Below the pieces are notes generated by a model. That model was not told where the DNA came from. It was given only the letters and a program-made list of their open reading frames with translations, and made no database searches. Shown here in pieces: positions 27,747 to 42,803 of a DNA stretch of 64,000 bases. Position 1 is the stretch's first letter. Each line of letters begins with the position of its first letter. A program made the translations under genes and the position numbers. The stretch comes from Raillietiella orientalis (Eukaryota), in contig JAYWIR010000015.1 in assembly GCA_036172245.1 (NCBI GenBank), positions 4,092,001 to 4,156,000 on the forward strand, read 5' to 3'.

Positions 27747-29719
27747 GGTACTCTAAAATAATTTTACTATTCTAATGATTTCTAGAAGAATTTTACAAAT
27801 TTGTAGCTGTTAGTCAACTGCTACATGAAGCACATTCTACCAAATTATGGATTCCAATCTCTCTACTAATCTACCTATCATGTGAAGCTCGCAAATTTTT
27901 AGAACTCTTACCAAAACCTGAACTGTACATAAATGGCTGAATTCACTGGTGAAGTATAAACTTTGATTTCTAATTGTTTTATAAAATATTTGTAATGTTC
28001 CAGCACGTTAAAAATGTTGAAGCAATGGTGCAAAATACTTTTGTAAGCCTAGGCCCTGTTTCTCAACAGTGTAAACAATATTTACTCAGAAATGTACCAA
28101 AGTGATTCAAGGATGGAAAGGACTCTGTTTATTATGAGAATTTAAGTACTTTGTAATTAATTCTTCTTTCCTTTCGGTATACGCAGATGTAGTGATAATT
28201 CTTCGCCAAAAAACATAATCTCTTAGAAAAACTTTTTTATCTTTTGTATTCACCACACAGTTCAGTGAAAGTTAAGAACTGAAACGAGAATTTTACTCAA
28301 TCCATGGCATGAACTATTCAGATACCATTGTCAGCAGATAAATGATCCTGGGGCCCAATTTTCACTACACTGCTGTATTTGACGGCAATTACAGCAAAAA
28401 TTAATGAACATAAACTCTGTGTCTTGTTTTAACTATGTATGAAGGAATTTTAACACTCAAGTATAAATAAAATAATAGGACATTACGAAATTCCTAACAT
28501 ATTCTAATGTTCTAATATGTTCCAATCTACTTTGCCAATGTTTCAATACATCCACTTATGATAATTACAATCCACACCTAAGTTTTTTTCATGTAGTGCA
28601 TGCCAGCCATGATACTATGAACATCCACAGTTCTACGTTTACGTACATAACGTTGCGTATTTGAACCGAACCATTGCCTTAAAATTTTCTGGTTTGTAAA
28701 AGTTTCATTGCACTTAAAAAGGAAGATTTCGTTGCTGTTTCTCATCTACTGATTCCAAACAACATTTCGTTAAAACAATGGACTAATCGGATTATGCATT
28801 TCATCTATTCGAAACTTATTAACGTTTTTGCAACTACCAATGAACTGCGTCTATGTTTTTTTGGTTTTATTCAAGTTCAAATTCTAGTTTTCATAGCTTA
28901 ATTTTTGCCAGTTTTGCTTTTACTAGAAATGTTTTCCTTAAAAGTATAAACTCATGTTTCAATAATGCAAATAATTACTTATTAACCTTGTAATTCACAT
29001 TACAAAAGGTATTCAGTTCGCTATAATCCTTCCATGATGGCTTCAAGGAAATGTCAAATGCCCCTCAGATTAATTGCATTCCATTGGAACAATAACACTA
29101 AATAGAATTATTGAATATATTATAATAATTGCCATAGCATAATGCGCAGTAAAATTCTTCATCAACATATAACAGATCAATCATGAACATAATCTGAAAT
29201 TCTTTCTATTCTTGATTTATTTTTATTTATACGTTTTATTCTTAATTTATTTTTTTGCAGTCAGAAAATTGGACTATCTATTCGTCAACTAGGTGTTTTT
29301 TAAAAATGGATTAGTTGTTTGCAAATTGTCTTTTAAAATTGGAAAGCTGATGAAGCATGATGACTTCAGTTTCGAAATGAGTAATAATAAAAACTTCATT
29401 TAAAAGTTTCAAAGGGATTCCTGTGATTCCGTCTGTTTGTTTTTGTCTTCCTTTTTTGAGATCTCGTTTGTTCTTAGTGTGCCCTAATCATTTTTGCATG
29501 TAGCAGTTTGCTGATTTTGATATAGTGTCAAGTAATTACGGAATTTTTAGAAACAATATTTTTCGTGTTCATCATTAATTTTCTTCAATCTCGTATTTGC
29601 AGAACGTCTCCAAATAGTCCCTGTGTTGACATTCTTAAAACCAGGCACTCATTTGAAAATCTAGAAACTAGATAATCGTTCTAAGGTTAGGGCACCTCTT
29701 CTTCAGAACATCCACTATG

Positions 29720-29771
29720 AAAAGTTTACTTTAATTTTTGGCATCATTGCCAAAAATTAAAGTAAACTTTT
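29720..29771. repeat. Perfect 24-bp inverted repeat with 4-nt loop
   Basis: aaaagtttactttaatttttggca-tcat-tgccaaaaattaaagtaaactttt. Confidence 0.95.
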
Positions 29772-29849
29772 TGAGGTAAAATAACTGCTTCAAACAGAGA
29801 GTAAGTAGGCATTTAGAGAAAGCATCGTTAGTGGGACAGCATGACCAGA

Positions 29850-32700
29850 CCTGCTCAAGGGAATCCGTGAGTAGTGCTTTCGAATACATCGGAATACCCA
29901 CTAGAGTGACTTATGCACGACCGAAATATGGTTCGACTGCCTCCGGAAAGCTTTTCATCCAGTCACACTGATATTTTTATTATTAAAGTGAAAACACAAG
30001 AGTAGAGCAGTGTTCCCTCATACAGGGAAAAGTTCACCAGGAAGGGATCCCCGATACTGAGATCAGAGACATGCAGGCGTGTGTAACGATGGCCGAGAGG
30101 AGATAATGAATGAATGGAAAAAAGTTAATCGAGAGACAAGGGAACGGACTCACCAGTTAGCTGCTCCACACCTACAGCCTTCGCAAGATGTGGGTATTCT
30201 TATAGACTTTTTCATGTACTCTTCATTAATAAAACACTAATGAGGATAGCTTCTTATCTCTTCTGATGCAGTGCTAGTGAGTAGCGGGCCCTCACGATTC
30301 TGAGAATGCAGCACAATGTTGCGATCATGACGGCAGGCGAAAGTTCACTCCTTACGAAAAACCTACACATAAAATCATCAGGGTTGTTTTTATGCCTGAA
30401 AGGGCACCGAGCGAGGCAAGATGCCGCATCAGGAAACTTTCGTTTCTGAGCAAGAAGCAATTCGAAGTGATAGGTTGCGAGCACAGAAACATGTTGAGCG
30501 TCATTAATCTCCAGAGATTCCTCTGTAGCTTGCGACTTTGGGATTGGGTCCGAGACTTCCCTTATACAAACGGATACCAGAAAAATTATTCGAGTTTTAT
30601 TGCCAATGTAAGAAACGAGAGGAGACGAGTTAAATGAACATGCAGGTCCATGTGCGAAAATCGTGAACAGGCCTCTGGACTCCGTGAAAGAAAGCAGAGA
30701 TGCAAATGGAGGCAAAGGAGCTAAACGGTCTTGCGCCCCCATCTTGACTAACGCAAACAGGAAGTGCCCTCCACAGGCAAAAAATTCCAAACCTCCATCC
30801 GATCCGCTTTATGGAATCTCGCGCTGATTCCCCTTCATCCTTTACAACTATGGTAGCTGAAACTGGAAAGATAAGTCGCCAATGCGAGACCGTTGCGATC
30901 AGCTGAGGTGGGGTGACTCGTCTAAAGTATATGAGTCAGAAAGAGAAACCTGTTTATCCAATTCTAGTAAAAGTTCTTTATCCACGAGAACAAATTGTTG
31001 GAATCATTTATTCAGACTCTAGAACTGTCACTTATCCAAGTGGCGTCGTACGATCTAAAGTAACATGACGCCCTGAATGAGCCATTTAGTTGTTTCGTCT
31101 TTTTCTCCATGTATTTGCACTGAATAAAGGAATTGTATCTTTTAGATTTTGCTGCCTCTGCATGATGGGAAACGAAATCTAGAGCTACAAAGTATGTGTG
31201 CAGCAACAAACAGCAACAAGGTACTTAGAAAATTTCCTTAGTACTCCGTTGGTGGACTATTAGTAGAGAGCTTGGATTAGACAAAGAGTCTTTGTCAAAT
31301 GAAGCTACCTCATCATTTGCATCTTTGCCTTTCAGTTCACTGAATCCCGAGAAGGAAAATTACTGTGATTTCGGACTTCAGTTCTATCTCTCGCTTCCGT
31401 TCCTTCCTTACCTTGAGACTCGCTGAGTTGAACTGCAATATCACTATTCCAATGGCATTCGAATGCACCTTCAACCCGTGGCAGCGGCTGCATTTTCACA
31501 TGACCATGAGAGAAGCATTGACTGCGACCTCAATTTTCAGTGCGGTGGATTTTGAACTTGAGTCCATTCAAAATGTCCCGGGCAGGTCCCTGCACTCTTC
31601 ATTGCCACGTTGACACTCATTGTTACATGCAGTAACCTACGCGAACTCACCTAGTCACATGCTCACGGGTCTGCTCAATGACCTTTAGTTCACTCAAATA
31701 ACATCAGAAGAAACACCAAGGAGACACCAACAACTAGACCACTGAACGGGTTGCATCTTAGTACGGCTTTAGCAATCCACAACCTGACTTGGTATGCCCT
31801 CTTCCCGATTAACTCTGCCTTTACTAGGTTTTTTTGTTTCTTCCTTCCGTAAAATCCGACAGTTGCCCTATGACGTCGGTGGAACACGAAAGACTACAAT
31901 CCTCAGGATTGCAGAGGACTCCACGGTGTCATTAGGTCCTCCCTTAACTCTCAGTCAATACATTTTGCAGTTGTCCTATTCACTTTCCGATCAATTCCCG
32001 GCGTGATGCCACCTGTTTCCTGCAAACACACATTCCACGAATACTACCGATAGCGTTTCCTCCAAACAAACCCAGAAATTTTTTTTGTTCTTCTGCTGGT
32101 TTCCGTCTGGATATAGGGCTTTTCAATTGATCGACTGCACGGATGGAAGCTCTTCCCGCTACTGTCGCAGCACATTGACAGAAGGCGCTTCTATGTCTGC
32201 CTGGGAGTGCTTGTATCCAGTACATCCTACCGAAGTTGCGGATGTCGTCCCTTCGGTTTGCTACTGCAGTGCAACCTTCCTCTACTAGACAGGATACCCC
32301 CACTGTCCATCCTAGCGCTACTATTGCACACAGTCAGGGCTCATAACAACTGTCCGCTTACGACTTTCTGCTTCATTCCTAGGAAGCTTTCCTGGCACCT
32401 ACCGCCAAAACAGCCGTCCGGATGATCCAGCACAACACCATCCAACTAGCATCCTTCTAAGGATTCGGGGAGAGACAGCGTAACATCGGTAACCTTAATA
32501 CTCCATCCCAACTCATAGGAGAGCATATCGCATGAAAAGGGTGCCCAAGTATAGCAAAATTAAGTGGAATTGTTGGATAAATCCTTGTAGTGAGTGAACC
32601 AGAGGACAGTATACCTCGCACATAATAAATAGGCGTAAGCCCAGGGCGCACAGTTTGTGTTCTCAAGGAATGTGGAATCTGAGGCCGAGAGCATAACAGA
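29850..32700 (-). mobile_element. Decayed L1-like ORF2 (APE to RT)
   Basis: FAILGHPFHAI (GGDFN-like position) near 32540, and a GDP motif (ggggatccc) near 30050, in the expected order on minus strand. Confidence 0.3.
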
Positions 32701-35700
32701 GAAGGAGCAAGGATTACATTCGATTTAAAAAAGAGGGATACATTAGCAATTTAGAATGTGCAGAAATCGAAAGCGTACACTGCCTCGACACTCGTGACAG
32801 GATTTTTGTGACAACAGCCAGCTTTCTTCACGTTCTTCCACAATGCTTTTCTCGACGCTTTCCGAGTGCATTCGCTCACTTGCCAGTCGACTTCCCATGC
32901 AAGGATCACAGAAGAATAGTTAGCGACTGGTCAGTCCTGTGAGCACGGGGTAGTAGTTCCGAAGACAGTTTGTGCAATCCTGCACTACCTAGGCAACATT
33001 CAGGCAAAAAACCAAAGGGACCAGGAAACCTTTCGCATATTGCTGAAGCACTTGATTTTTCCAGAGCTCTTGCATTACTATTTGTTATTCTGTTTATATT
33101 TGTTTAGGAGTGTACCACAAATATTTGAGTCTGTTGGGTCAACTAGATCAACTGTATCTTTCATCGTGAATTTTCGAAGATCTTAAGTAGCATTAACTTC
33201 ATAACAGAGAAAACAGTGTATATTTTCTCAAATTTCCTTGATTTTCTGTGATTCCATACATTTCTTTTAATAACTGGAATATGAACACAGATTGATTGTA
33301 CCACCTATATGTTTCCTACGCTTCATCTGTAAAATTAAAAAAATTCAAGGCAAGAAATTAAATACTATCCTAATGAACTAAGCTCTCCATCTTTTTATTT
33401 ATTAATACGTCTGAAAAGATCTCTGCTTCATGGGAAGTTTCACATTCTTTTCCTTAATCAAGTTGGAAACTATGCTGTCATTTCTTATTGTTTCTGTCTT
33501 ATAATTTTCGTCTAGTTTTGAAAATTTAAGAATCCTTATGAAATCTCCATTCATGAAACGAAGCAATGATAGATAGAACTCCCAATCATGCATTCGGATC
33601 AAGGAATGTTCCGATCGGCTTCATTTTTGAGCGTGATCCCAGACGAACTTGTGGTTGGACCCTTCTGTGCTCCCTCTCAAGTAGAAGCACTATGTGATAC
33701 TATTTTTGCACTGGTATCTTTTGTACAAAAAGCATGTACTCCATGTAGCAGGGGTCTTTCACTAGAATCTTCCAGGAGAAGTACGATTGAATCTCCCCCC
33801 CCCCCCTCTACCTCCCAGTTGCTGACGGACTAGGCGCTCTCTTCTTCACGTGAAAATTTCTTGTCCTTTGTGGTCCTCTGATTTTTTTCCTTCTTGACGA
33901 GGAGCTTTAAAATATGAAACCGAATTCACTACATTTTTTAATAAGTGCTTGTTTTCTTTTTCCTTTATTTGGTTCCCAAAGGACTTGCATTAGAATGACA
34001 TTAGGCTCTTATCAAACTAAGCAAACTCATTACATTCACCAAGAATTTAGCATGATAATAAATTTACTTTGCAATCGAAATGTCAAAATCTTGACAAAAT
34101 CTTTCAAGAAAAAATATTACGGATTTCTATCTAATTGTGTATTTTTCCCAAGAGATCAGTAAGAAGGCCACATGTTTGTCTGCATTGTGTACCATGTGCT
34201 TGTTCACATTGAGGGAGGATGATATATGAAGGTGATCTATAAAAAGGGCCTAAAGCAAGATCTCTTTAGAAACGAATTACAAATAAATTCTACTTTTTAA
34301 ACTAATGAATGATATTCAACTCCTAAGACAATGAAGGCTACATAAGATCATAAATGCAAAATTTAATTTCTAGATTTAAAGATTCAGTAATAACTAGAAT
34401 CAGGAACTGGAAAAAGTAAAACAAAAGTTCAGACTAGAAGCGATGTTCACTCTCGATCGTCTATCCATTCATATTTCTTGTTTTTCAAATTTTTAAAAAA
34501 TCATATCTAGGATAATTTCGTCTGATTACTGAGTAAACTTATGAGCAGAAATGGATAGAACTAAACTTAAAAGAATTAAGGTGCCGACACAGGCATAGTA
34601 ATGCTGATGTTAATAACTTTGATACCGTTTATCTAGTTTGGATTAAAATTTCAATGTCACAAAAGTTACATAATAAACTAAATTGAATCAAGACGTGGGT
34701 GAAAAAAAAGCTACGAAACTAAAGTATTTTCACTGATACCGAGATGCTGCTACTTATTCCTCTTGGACTGATACATCTTTTTGTTATGAATAACATAATG
34801 AGCTCATCTACTATATGTTCTGGTAACACTTTTGCTTATGGAGGATATCCTGTCAGTGTGTATGGAAAGTGTTGCGGTGTGCATAAGGTGAAGGAATACT
34901 AAATCGTAATTTATCATGCAGTTGTATGTATGCGATTATTTCTTATGTCAAGTGAAAGCAGTAGTCCATTTCGAAAGTATCACAATGATTTGTGGTTAAT
35001 ATAAGATATATATTTTATAATTTGTATTGAGAACTAAAGATATAGAACAGCTAAAACGTCCAGACTCCTGAGGTTTTGTTGAGCAGAACCTCATTCGAAT
35101 CGAATCATTTTAGCTATGCCATTTGAGTGAAGTTTTAATTGTAATGTTTCAAGTGATATGCATTGCTTTCACAACCATTTGTGTTTAAGGATAAATCTTT
35201 TGTTTCAGTAATCCGTCGTGTTTCGTTCGACTGAAGTTATTTGATTGACATCGTAGTGATGGAAACTACAGAGAAGGTATAGCAGCTTTATGGTACATGT
35301 GTTGATATAGATTGTGAAAGTGAGGATACGGGCTAAGAATTTTATCGATTGCATAGTTTTAAAGTAGGAAGAATGTCAACTGGAAGTCTGTTTTGTAAAT
35401 GGTTCTGTTGAAAACGGTGTTGTAGTTGGGAATGTTTATCATTTGTTTTTAATTCAATGCTTTCACCATTTTCCTCAGGCATAGTAATGCTGAGGAAAAT
35501 GGAATTTCTTCTTGCTTTCATCTCAGCTGAAAAGTAGTTGAACATAAATATTAGTAGCAAGAAAACATAAACGGATTCAACATTTCCTTGCCAATATAAT
35601 TCTTTATCAAAGTAAATACCTGGAATGATGGTAACTTTTTACGATTTGGGGTTCAAAAGTCGTTTCCTTTCACTGAAGTTGGTTACTAATTTATCGGTAA

Positions 35701-36481
35701 ACAAAAATAGAAGTTATTCCATGAAAGTGATGTCATTTTTAGAGATCTCATTTCTGAAAGTGTTATGAGATTGTCCGTATTACCAAACAAAACTGTTGAA
35801 ATTTCTATACTTTCCGTGGTGTTTATTTCATTTGATTTATGTTTCTGAGCTCATACAAAATTGTGATGGTGGACCCTGGCCAGTAATTGGATGGTGGTGA
35901 TTGTTGCCTCTAGTAATATTCATTTGCAAAATGTATTTAGTTTAAAACTTAAAAGCTTATTTTAACTAATGATATTAATTGTAATGTATGTGCAAGTTCG
36001 TTGTTTTCAAGCACTGCTGCAGTATTCTTTCGTGAATATTTGTTTGTGTACTCTTCGTTGTATCCTTTTTTTTTTTATTACTTTTATTTTACTCAGATCA
36101 GTTTTAGTAGTTACAAACATTGATTAGAAATCACTTCATTTATTTTTGGAGTTTGACGTGGTTTTTTTGTAAATTTTCAATTACAGCAATCCAATCATTT
36201 TTCTATTAGCAATTGCAAATATAGATGTTACGTTTTCAAATTGTTTACATATTTATGTGAGAGTTTAGAATTGATACAGCAACCTATCCTGGTACTTGCA
36301 TAGATGCAATCACTGATTTATGAAGAAAATGGTTTTTTAAAATTGTCTATTGTAATGAAAGTTAATGTTTTCATAATTTTGCATAATTCCATGAGAAATT
36401 TGTAAATAAGTGTCAAAAAGATATTTGAAATTACATGATTGATAAGAAACTGTTTACCCTTGCATTTTATGTCCATTTTAG

Positions 36482-37241
<760 letters not shown>

Positions 37242-37247
37242 AATAAA
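37242..37247 (+). promoter_or_regulatory. Polyadenylation signal directly after the RPS16 stop codon
   Basis: cga TAA AATAAA. Confidence 0.7.
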
Positions 37248-38319
37248 GCATCCTGTTTATAATTGCGTTTTCTTTCGAGAGTGCAAAATTCTTGATTTAA
37301 GGTGATTACGTGGGTCTTATTTTAGCAAGGTGTTAGAAATTTGTGACTCATTTGGAGCTCAGTATTTGTAGCATTGAAATTTAATCTTAACTATAAACCA
37401 GTTGTATCGGTGAATGCAGAACATTGGAGATACGGCAAGTATGGTACAGATATGAACACCTTATTGAAGTGTCTTCTTCGAAGAGATTTAACTTCCATGA
37501 TTTTTAATTTGCGAGTGAACTGATTTCAAGGATTATGAGGCTAATGGCATCAAAATGCAACCGCGCTCCACACCATTTAGTCTGTCAGCAAAGTTATTTA
37601 TGAGGTTAGTTTATTGTTATAACTCGTAGGTAATGTATGCCTCTGTGTGGACCTGTTTTCCCGCGTTTTGTGCACATCTTTGGAAATAGCGAACAAAAGC
37701 CAGGTGGAAAATTGCAGGAAGTAATAAAATTAAATCTTAGTAAATGAATGCGGTGGCGACCATTTGTCCATATTATTCCGTTAAGGAGGTGCGAAATTTA
37801 GGAGCATTGCAAAACAAAGGCGGAAGTAATTAATTAAATGCCAATCAGGCAGACTGCCTGAGTCTCTTGCTCTTCAGCACCTACTTCGAGTTGGTACCGA
37901 GATCATGCAGGGCGACTCTAGCCACCTTGCTGAGCTCGTTCTCGAGCACTCTTGCCGTGTTGGCCTACGACGACGACCTTCTGCAGTTGTTGCCTATGCC
38001 CACCCTGGAGGATTCGCCCGATGCCTTCGAATTGATCCTTTGAGGAGTCGCACGTGCGTCAACGGGATGAAGTTATGCGTGTCTTGTTATTTGGCTGGTG
38101 CTGGGCAGCTGGCCTGGATCTGCTTAGGGATCCCATTGTCACGGTGGAGTTTTCTTCTAAAAACATATTTACAGATAAACAGTCAAGAAATATCCCAAAA
38201 GTTATTTCTTTGTAATGTGATTGCAAATCCCATTACGTTGATAGAAGTCCAGGGGACTCTACTGCTAGCAAGCAGATCGTTCAGCGAGGTCCACACAGAA
38301 GAAAACAAAGGGGGAGAGA

Positions 38320-39100
38320 GTAAGCAAAACGAAAACAACAACGTTTTCAGAAAGACTGCGGGAGTTACAGTCTCCTTCCTGGCGTCCTCAGCATCCTACG
38401 CAGGATGCATGCAAGTCTCTCCTTTTGACGCGAGAAGTGCGTCTATTTTGTGATGATAAGGAAGGATAACATGATGCGGATGGCGTTCCTGTTTTCTGGT
38501 CGCTTACGGCAGAAATTTTCGCGGCTGCGGATCCGCGGAGGCTGCGATCGCCGTCGCAGGGCGAATGAAGAGGCGTGTGATCACGTCTTCCAGGTTGTCC
38601 CTTAGGGATTGCAGGGACGTAGCAAGACAGCTCCCACATACTCCACAGGGCAATACGCTCGAGTGATGAGTGCGGGACTGTTCCCCTTTCATCGCACCTG
38701 GAACAGTCTGAGGCCCAGCTCCCCCTTGGTTCAGTGGTGACGATGTGAGTTGCAAGGGATGCAACTGCAACATCGAGTGCTGCCACTTCAGCGGAAGCGT
38801 GGAGTTGTCCAAAAGCATCGCAGGAATATCAAGGTTTTCTGGGGAATTCCAAGAGTCTCAGATGGGATGGGGAGGATGGGGATAGAAGCGTTGCGACGCT
38901 TCTATCCAGTGACTTCCGTATTCCTGCGAGCTCTTACCTTGCGGGTTGGTCGCTGTCTTCGTTCTCCCCTAGGGAGTCAGAGTAGCTGCATGTGGAATAC
39001 CTGCATCGGGCAAGCCTCAGTGGAAGTACGCAAGCAAAAGATGTCGGTCCTTGGGAACCGAGTATCCAGCTTCGAGGGTTTGGAGAGAGAGAGACGTGCA
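38320..39100 (-). mobile_element. 5'-truncated L1/Tx1-like LINE 3' end, related to the tail of the 56665-58204 element
   Basis: MLLDNSTLPLKWQ, ASDCSRCDERGTVPH and LACILRRML match VLKDTSILPLKWQ, TPD*LRCEERESFPH and LAGILERMQ at 57.2-56.7 kb. T-rich end on minus strand near 38325-38342. Confidence 0.7.
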
Positions 39101-41963
39101 GGGATGCCCCGATGAGTCCACAAATATTTGTTCCTAGGACCGGTCTCGAAAAGAGCTGCGGTTCCATCACTTTCAGCGTCAGTAGGCTAAATTCCTACGT
39201 CCCGACGCGGTACTCACGCGGGGGGGGGGCAGATCGCAGAGAGAGTCCAACGGCCCGAGAGAGCGCAACGCCTCTGAATCGGTCAACTCAAGCCCTGACA
39301 GAAGGACGACGCTCCGAAAGGAGTGATCGACTTCGCCGAAAATTTCACGTGACCACAGAACTCAGGAGCGACGAGGAAATACGTTCGCGCAGTCGGTGTT
39401 GGCGGGGGGAAGAACTGGGATGTCAACGGAGGCGCTGCACATCAGATCGGGGGAGGAAGAGAACTCCCAGTGGCGCAAAATGGAAGCGATGAATCAGGAT
39501 GGGAGTTACGCGACTGAGTGGATGGGAAAGGACTGCTGTGAGGATTGCGGATCTTCGAAAGTCTTGGGGACAGAGAACGCGAGGGTTGTTTCCGGATGGG
39601 GGGAGGGGAGGGGAGGGGAAGCGGAACAATAGAATACATTCTTTGAGAGGAAAGAGCGTTACGGTGTGAAGATGGATAATTACAAGATGGTAGAGGAGAA
39701 TGGGATGAGAAAGGTGCCGAAAATAAGGCAGAAAATGAGAGGACAGGAAAAGGAGGAACATGATCAAGTGTAGGTGGCAAAACAGAGTGTCCGTTAGGAA
39801 ACTTAGTGAGGAGGACATGGGCAAGGTTGCTAAGGGAAATCTCATCAGATCGGGATTCTTGGCTGGCGGCTCATACAATTTACATCGATGCTCTGTTGTA
39901 GATCTCTTGTCCAAGCACTCAAAAAACCGTTTCCCTTCTAGCCACACGAGCTCCTCAAAACTCCCTCGCAAATTCATTTTGCTATCTGTCTCAAACGGAT
40001 CACCTGGTGACTTTTCCAACAGCCTCCTCAGCTGTTCAGGTAAACCAGAATGCATGCTCCTACTTCCCTGCTGGATAATAAAAATGAATACTTGAATGTG
40101 CAAAAGACGGAACAGAATCCACAAGGAACTGTCTGTCAATCCCTGTGCCTCCCGAATAGTCACAGGAAGACTGCGGTACTTTGAACATTCATAATGTTCC
40201 CGAAATTAAATGCAGGAGTATACGAAAAGGTGGCTCGGAACTGTTGACATAACCCGGAGCACCTTGTGGGAAGTCTGTAGCTGAGTCCTTCCCGGTAATG
40301 CTGTGGGCACCGCTTAAGTGCAAAGTGACAAAGAAGCAGTAAGTGCTGCCACACATTTCGAGGGAAGGGGATCCATAGCTTCCTGCGAGGAGTGCTCAAA
40401 TTCCAAGTGTTACCTCTGTTGCATGCAACTAGAGATAAATTGTATCGTCAAAGCAAACAGAAACATCTTTGTAGGGATGTTCGGCATATCAGCTACTGTA
40501 CCACTCCTAGAGTTCCAGTGCGGTACCTAGAGGCAATCTGCAACTGCATTTGTACTTCTTCGGCCATGGCCAGCTGGTAACCTGGATTTTTTAGAGAGCT
40601 CAGAAGGTTTGAAAGGACCTTGAAAATAAGCAACACGATGACCCCTTAATGTATCCCCCTGCTCTTAGTCACTCTTCCTCAGAAGTTGGGGATGCCGGTG
40701 TGAAACTGTAACTGCTACTTTTAGAATACGAGTAAACGAAAGATGCTATCGCGCACTCTCCGCGCTCGGCTCCCCACTTCATCAGCTTACGAATTGAAGG
40801 GAGCCAGGCTCAAGGCCTGATGCTTCCAGAAAAGATGCGAAGCAATCTTGGCGTTCTCATGAATTTGCAGCGACCAGAAGAGGAACAGAAACTCTTATAG
40901 TGAGGACCCACTGTCCAAACAGGAACTCTGTTGGCTAATTCCTCTTCGCGAATAGGAGAACGGAAGCATAAGGTGATTCATTGAGGATATTTGCAGCAAA
41001 TATTCTACTTTCCGGGCCATCCTCGGGAAACGAGCGTTTCCAGGAATCGTTGTTCCTGCAAAAGCCACAGAGCAGAGCAGAGCAGATAAATGCTCCCATT
41101 TTGGGGGGAGAAGGCAAGATTGAATAAAAAGGTGGCAGCAACCGATGCAGGAGCCTGCACCGATTACAGTTCTAAGAGAATTCTTTCGTGCATGTCATAT
41201 GGAGGGCTCAGGGCTGAAATATTTTACGTAGAGCTATTAAACCTTATTGTTCCAGATACCACCATCGAACCTACCCTTGCTGTAGCAAACCCTCGCCTCA
41301 AAAACTACACGCAAGGAACATCACTCTTTCTCTAAGGGGTGTAGTAGTCTCATCACTCTGTTAGCTGAGTAATTACTCGTGCTAACAGAGTATTCTAGAT
41401 CTCCAAGTCTGAACTGAACCAACTGAGAGAATGCTAATGCTTGCTATCAACTGGTTCCCAGGATGAAAGCAATTCATTACCAGAGTAGCAAACTCTCCTT
41501 TTGAGGAAAATGATCTCATGTAGGACGTGCTCCACAGGACTCACTAGTTTCGTACAGATGCACCCCTGTGGGAAAAAGAGGTAGTACTTCAGCACGACAA
41601 ATTGGCTCCTCACCTTCTACTCTCAGGTATGATGGCTAGAACGCTGTGTACAACTGACTAATGGACACGAAAGGTAGCAAAGGTTCACTACTCTTTTCCA
41701 CCTCTTCTACTAGAGGGATTTCATATCCCAAATGCACAATTTGAAGAGTGCGCTAATCGCAAGCAGTATTTCGGTATTTTATTTGCTCTCTTTGTTGTTC
41801 AATCTTGTGCAAACGTGCTTTCAAGAAAGCAGAGTTGTCTCATTGTAGATGTAGACTTTTCTCTGCTCCATGTGGAATATGGTGCGATACCAAGCCAGGA
41901 AGAGGCCTCCCAAGCTTATCGTTCCTTCCCCAGCGTCAGTGACTGTGATTAGAGATTCGCAGC

Positions 41964-41991
41964 GGATTAGTTGACGTTCGTCAACTAATCC
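41964..41991. repeat. Perfect 13-bp inverted repeat, 2-nt loop
   Basis: ggattagttgacg-tt-cgtcaactaatcc. Confidence 0.9.
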
Positions 41992-42803
41992 ACTGAAATC
42001 GTAATCCGCAATCTGAAACTTTCCTCAATTCTTTCGAAACTGGCTATTCGCAGTTACCTTAAGGAAGTATTGTTCAGGAGTGAATTCGAAGATTCCCTGA
42101 TCTGTGGTCAACGTGAATGTAGGGGCGCTTTCCTCACGTGAACAAGGCGTCTATTTCGCATGAATTAAAATAAAGTTCATGGGCAAATCACTCACCCAAA
42201 ATAGAGTACTTGGAGGAGTGGGATTTTGCAAGTTCAGCAGCTCATGGTAAACCGCATAATCCATTAGGGAAAGACCAATCCCTATTCTGCTGAAATCAAA
42301 AATCGCTTCACATCTTCCTTTGCAGATTTCTTTGGCACCCAACTGCACCCTAGGAAACGGAATATCAAGTCGGAAAAAGCTGCATTCAGTACGCTCACGT
42401 AACATGGTACCTCTTCACTGGAAATGACCATGAGGATTGACTGGGCATTAGACTGAATATCCAGGGTTTGGGACTCATCTTAATGGGTTTCCCAATGACG
42501 AAATGTCCAGCATTGTTATACTCTCGAGGCATACTGGAAAGTGTTATGAAGTGTCGTCAACTCTGACAATGACACAATGACAATGCAGTTTTGACTTATT
42601 TTTTGTCCTACACTTTTTTAAAACAGAGAATGGGAACCCTGAGAAAACAAAACTTCTGAGGTTCTTCCGTAAAAATGTTGTGTGAAGTGTGTGTATTCGT
42701 CCTCCATGATAGGACATCTGATCAGTGTCAATCAGAGTGTCTGACGCTAGCACCAACACTTTCTCCCTCCTTTCACATTAAAGAGACACAACTTCCGTTA
42801 TGT

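Noticed and set aside
35342..35925. Possible small spliced gene on minus strand upstream of RPS16
   Set aside because: Exon-like pieces exist, but I could not build a phase-consistent, stop-free model or recognise a product.
39423..40163. 246-aa ORF as a host gene
   Set aside because: Low-complexity purine/pyrimidine-biased sequence within retroelement debris, with no domain recognised.
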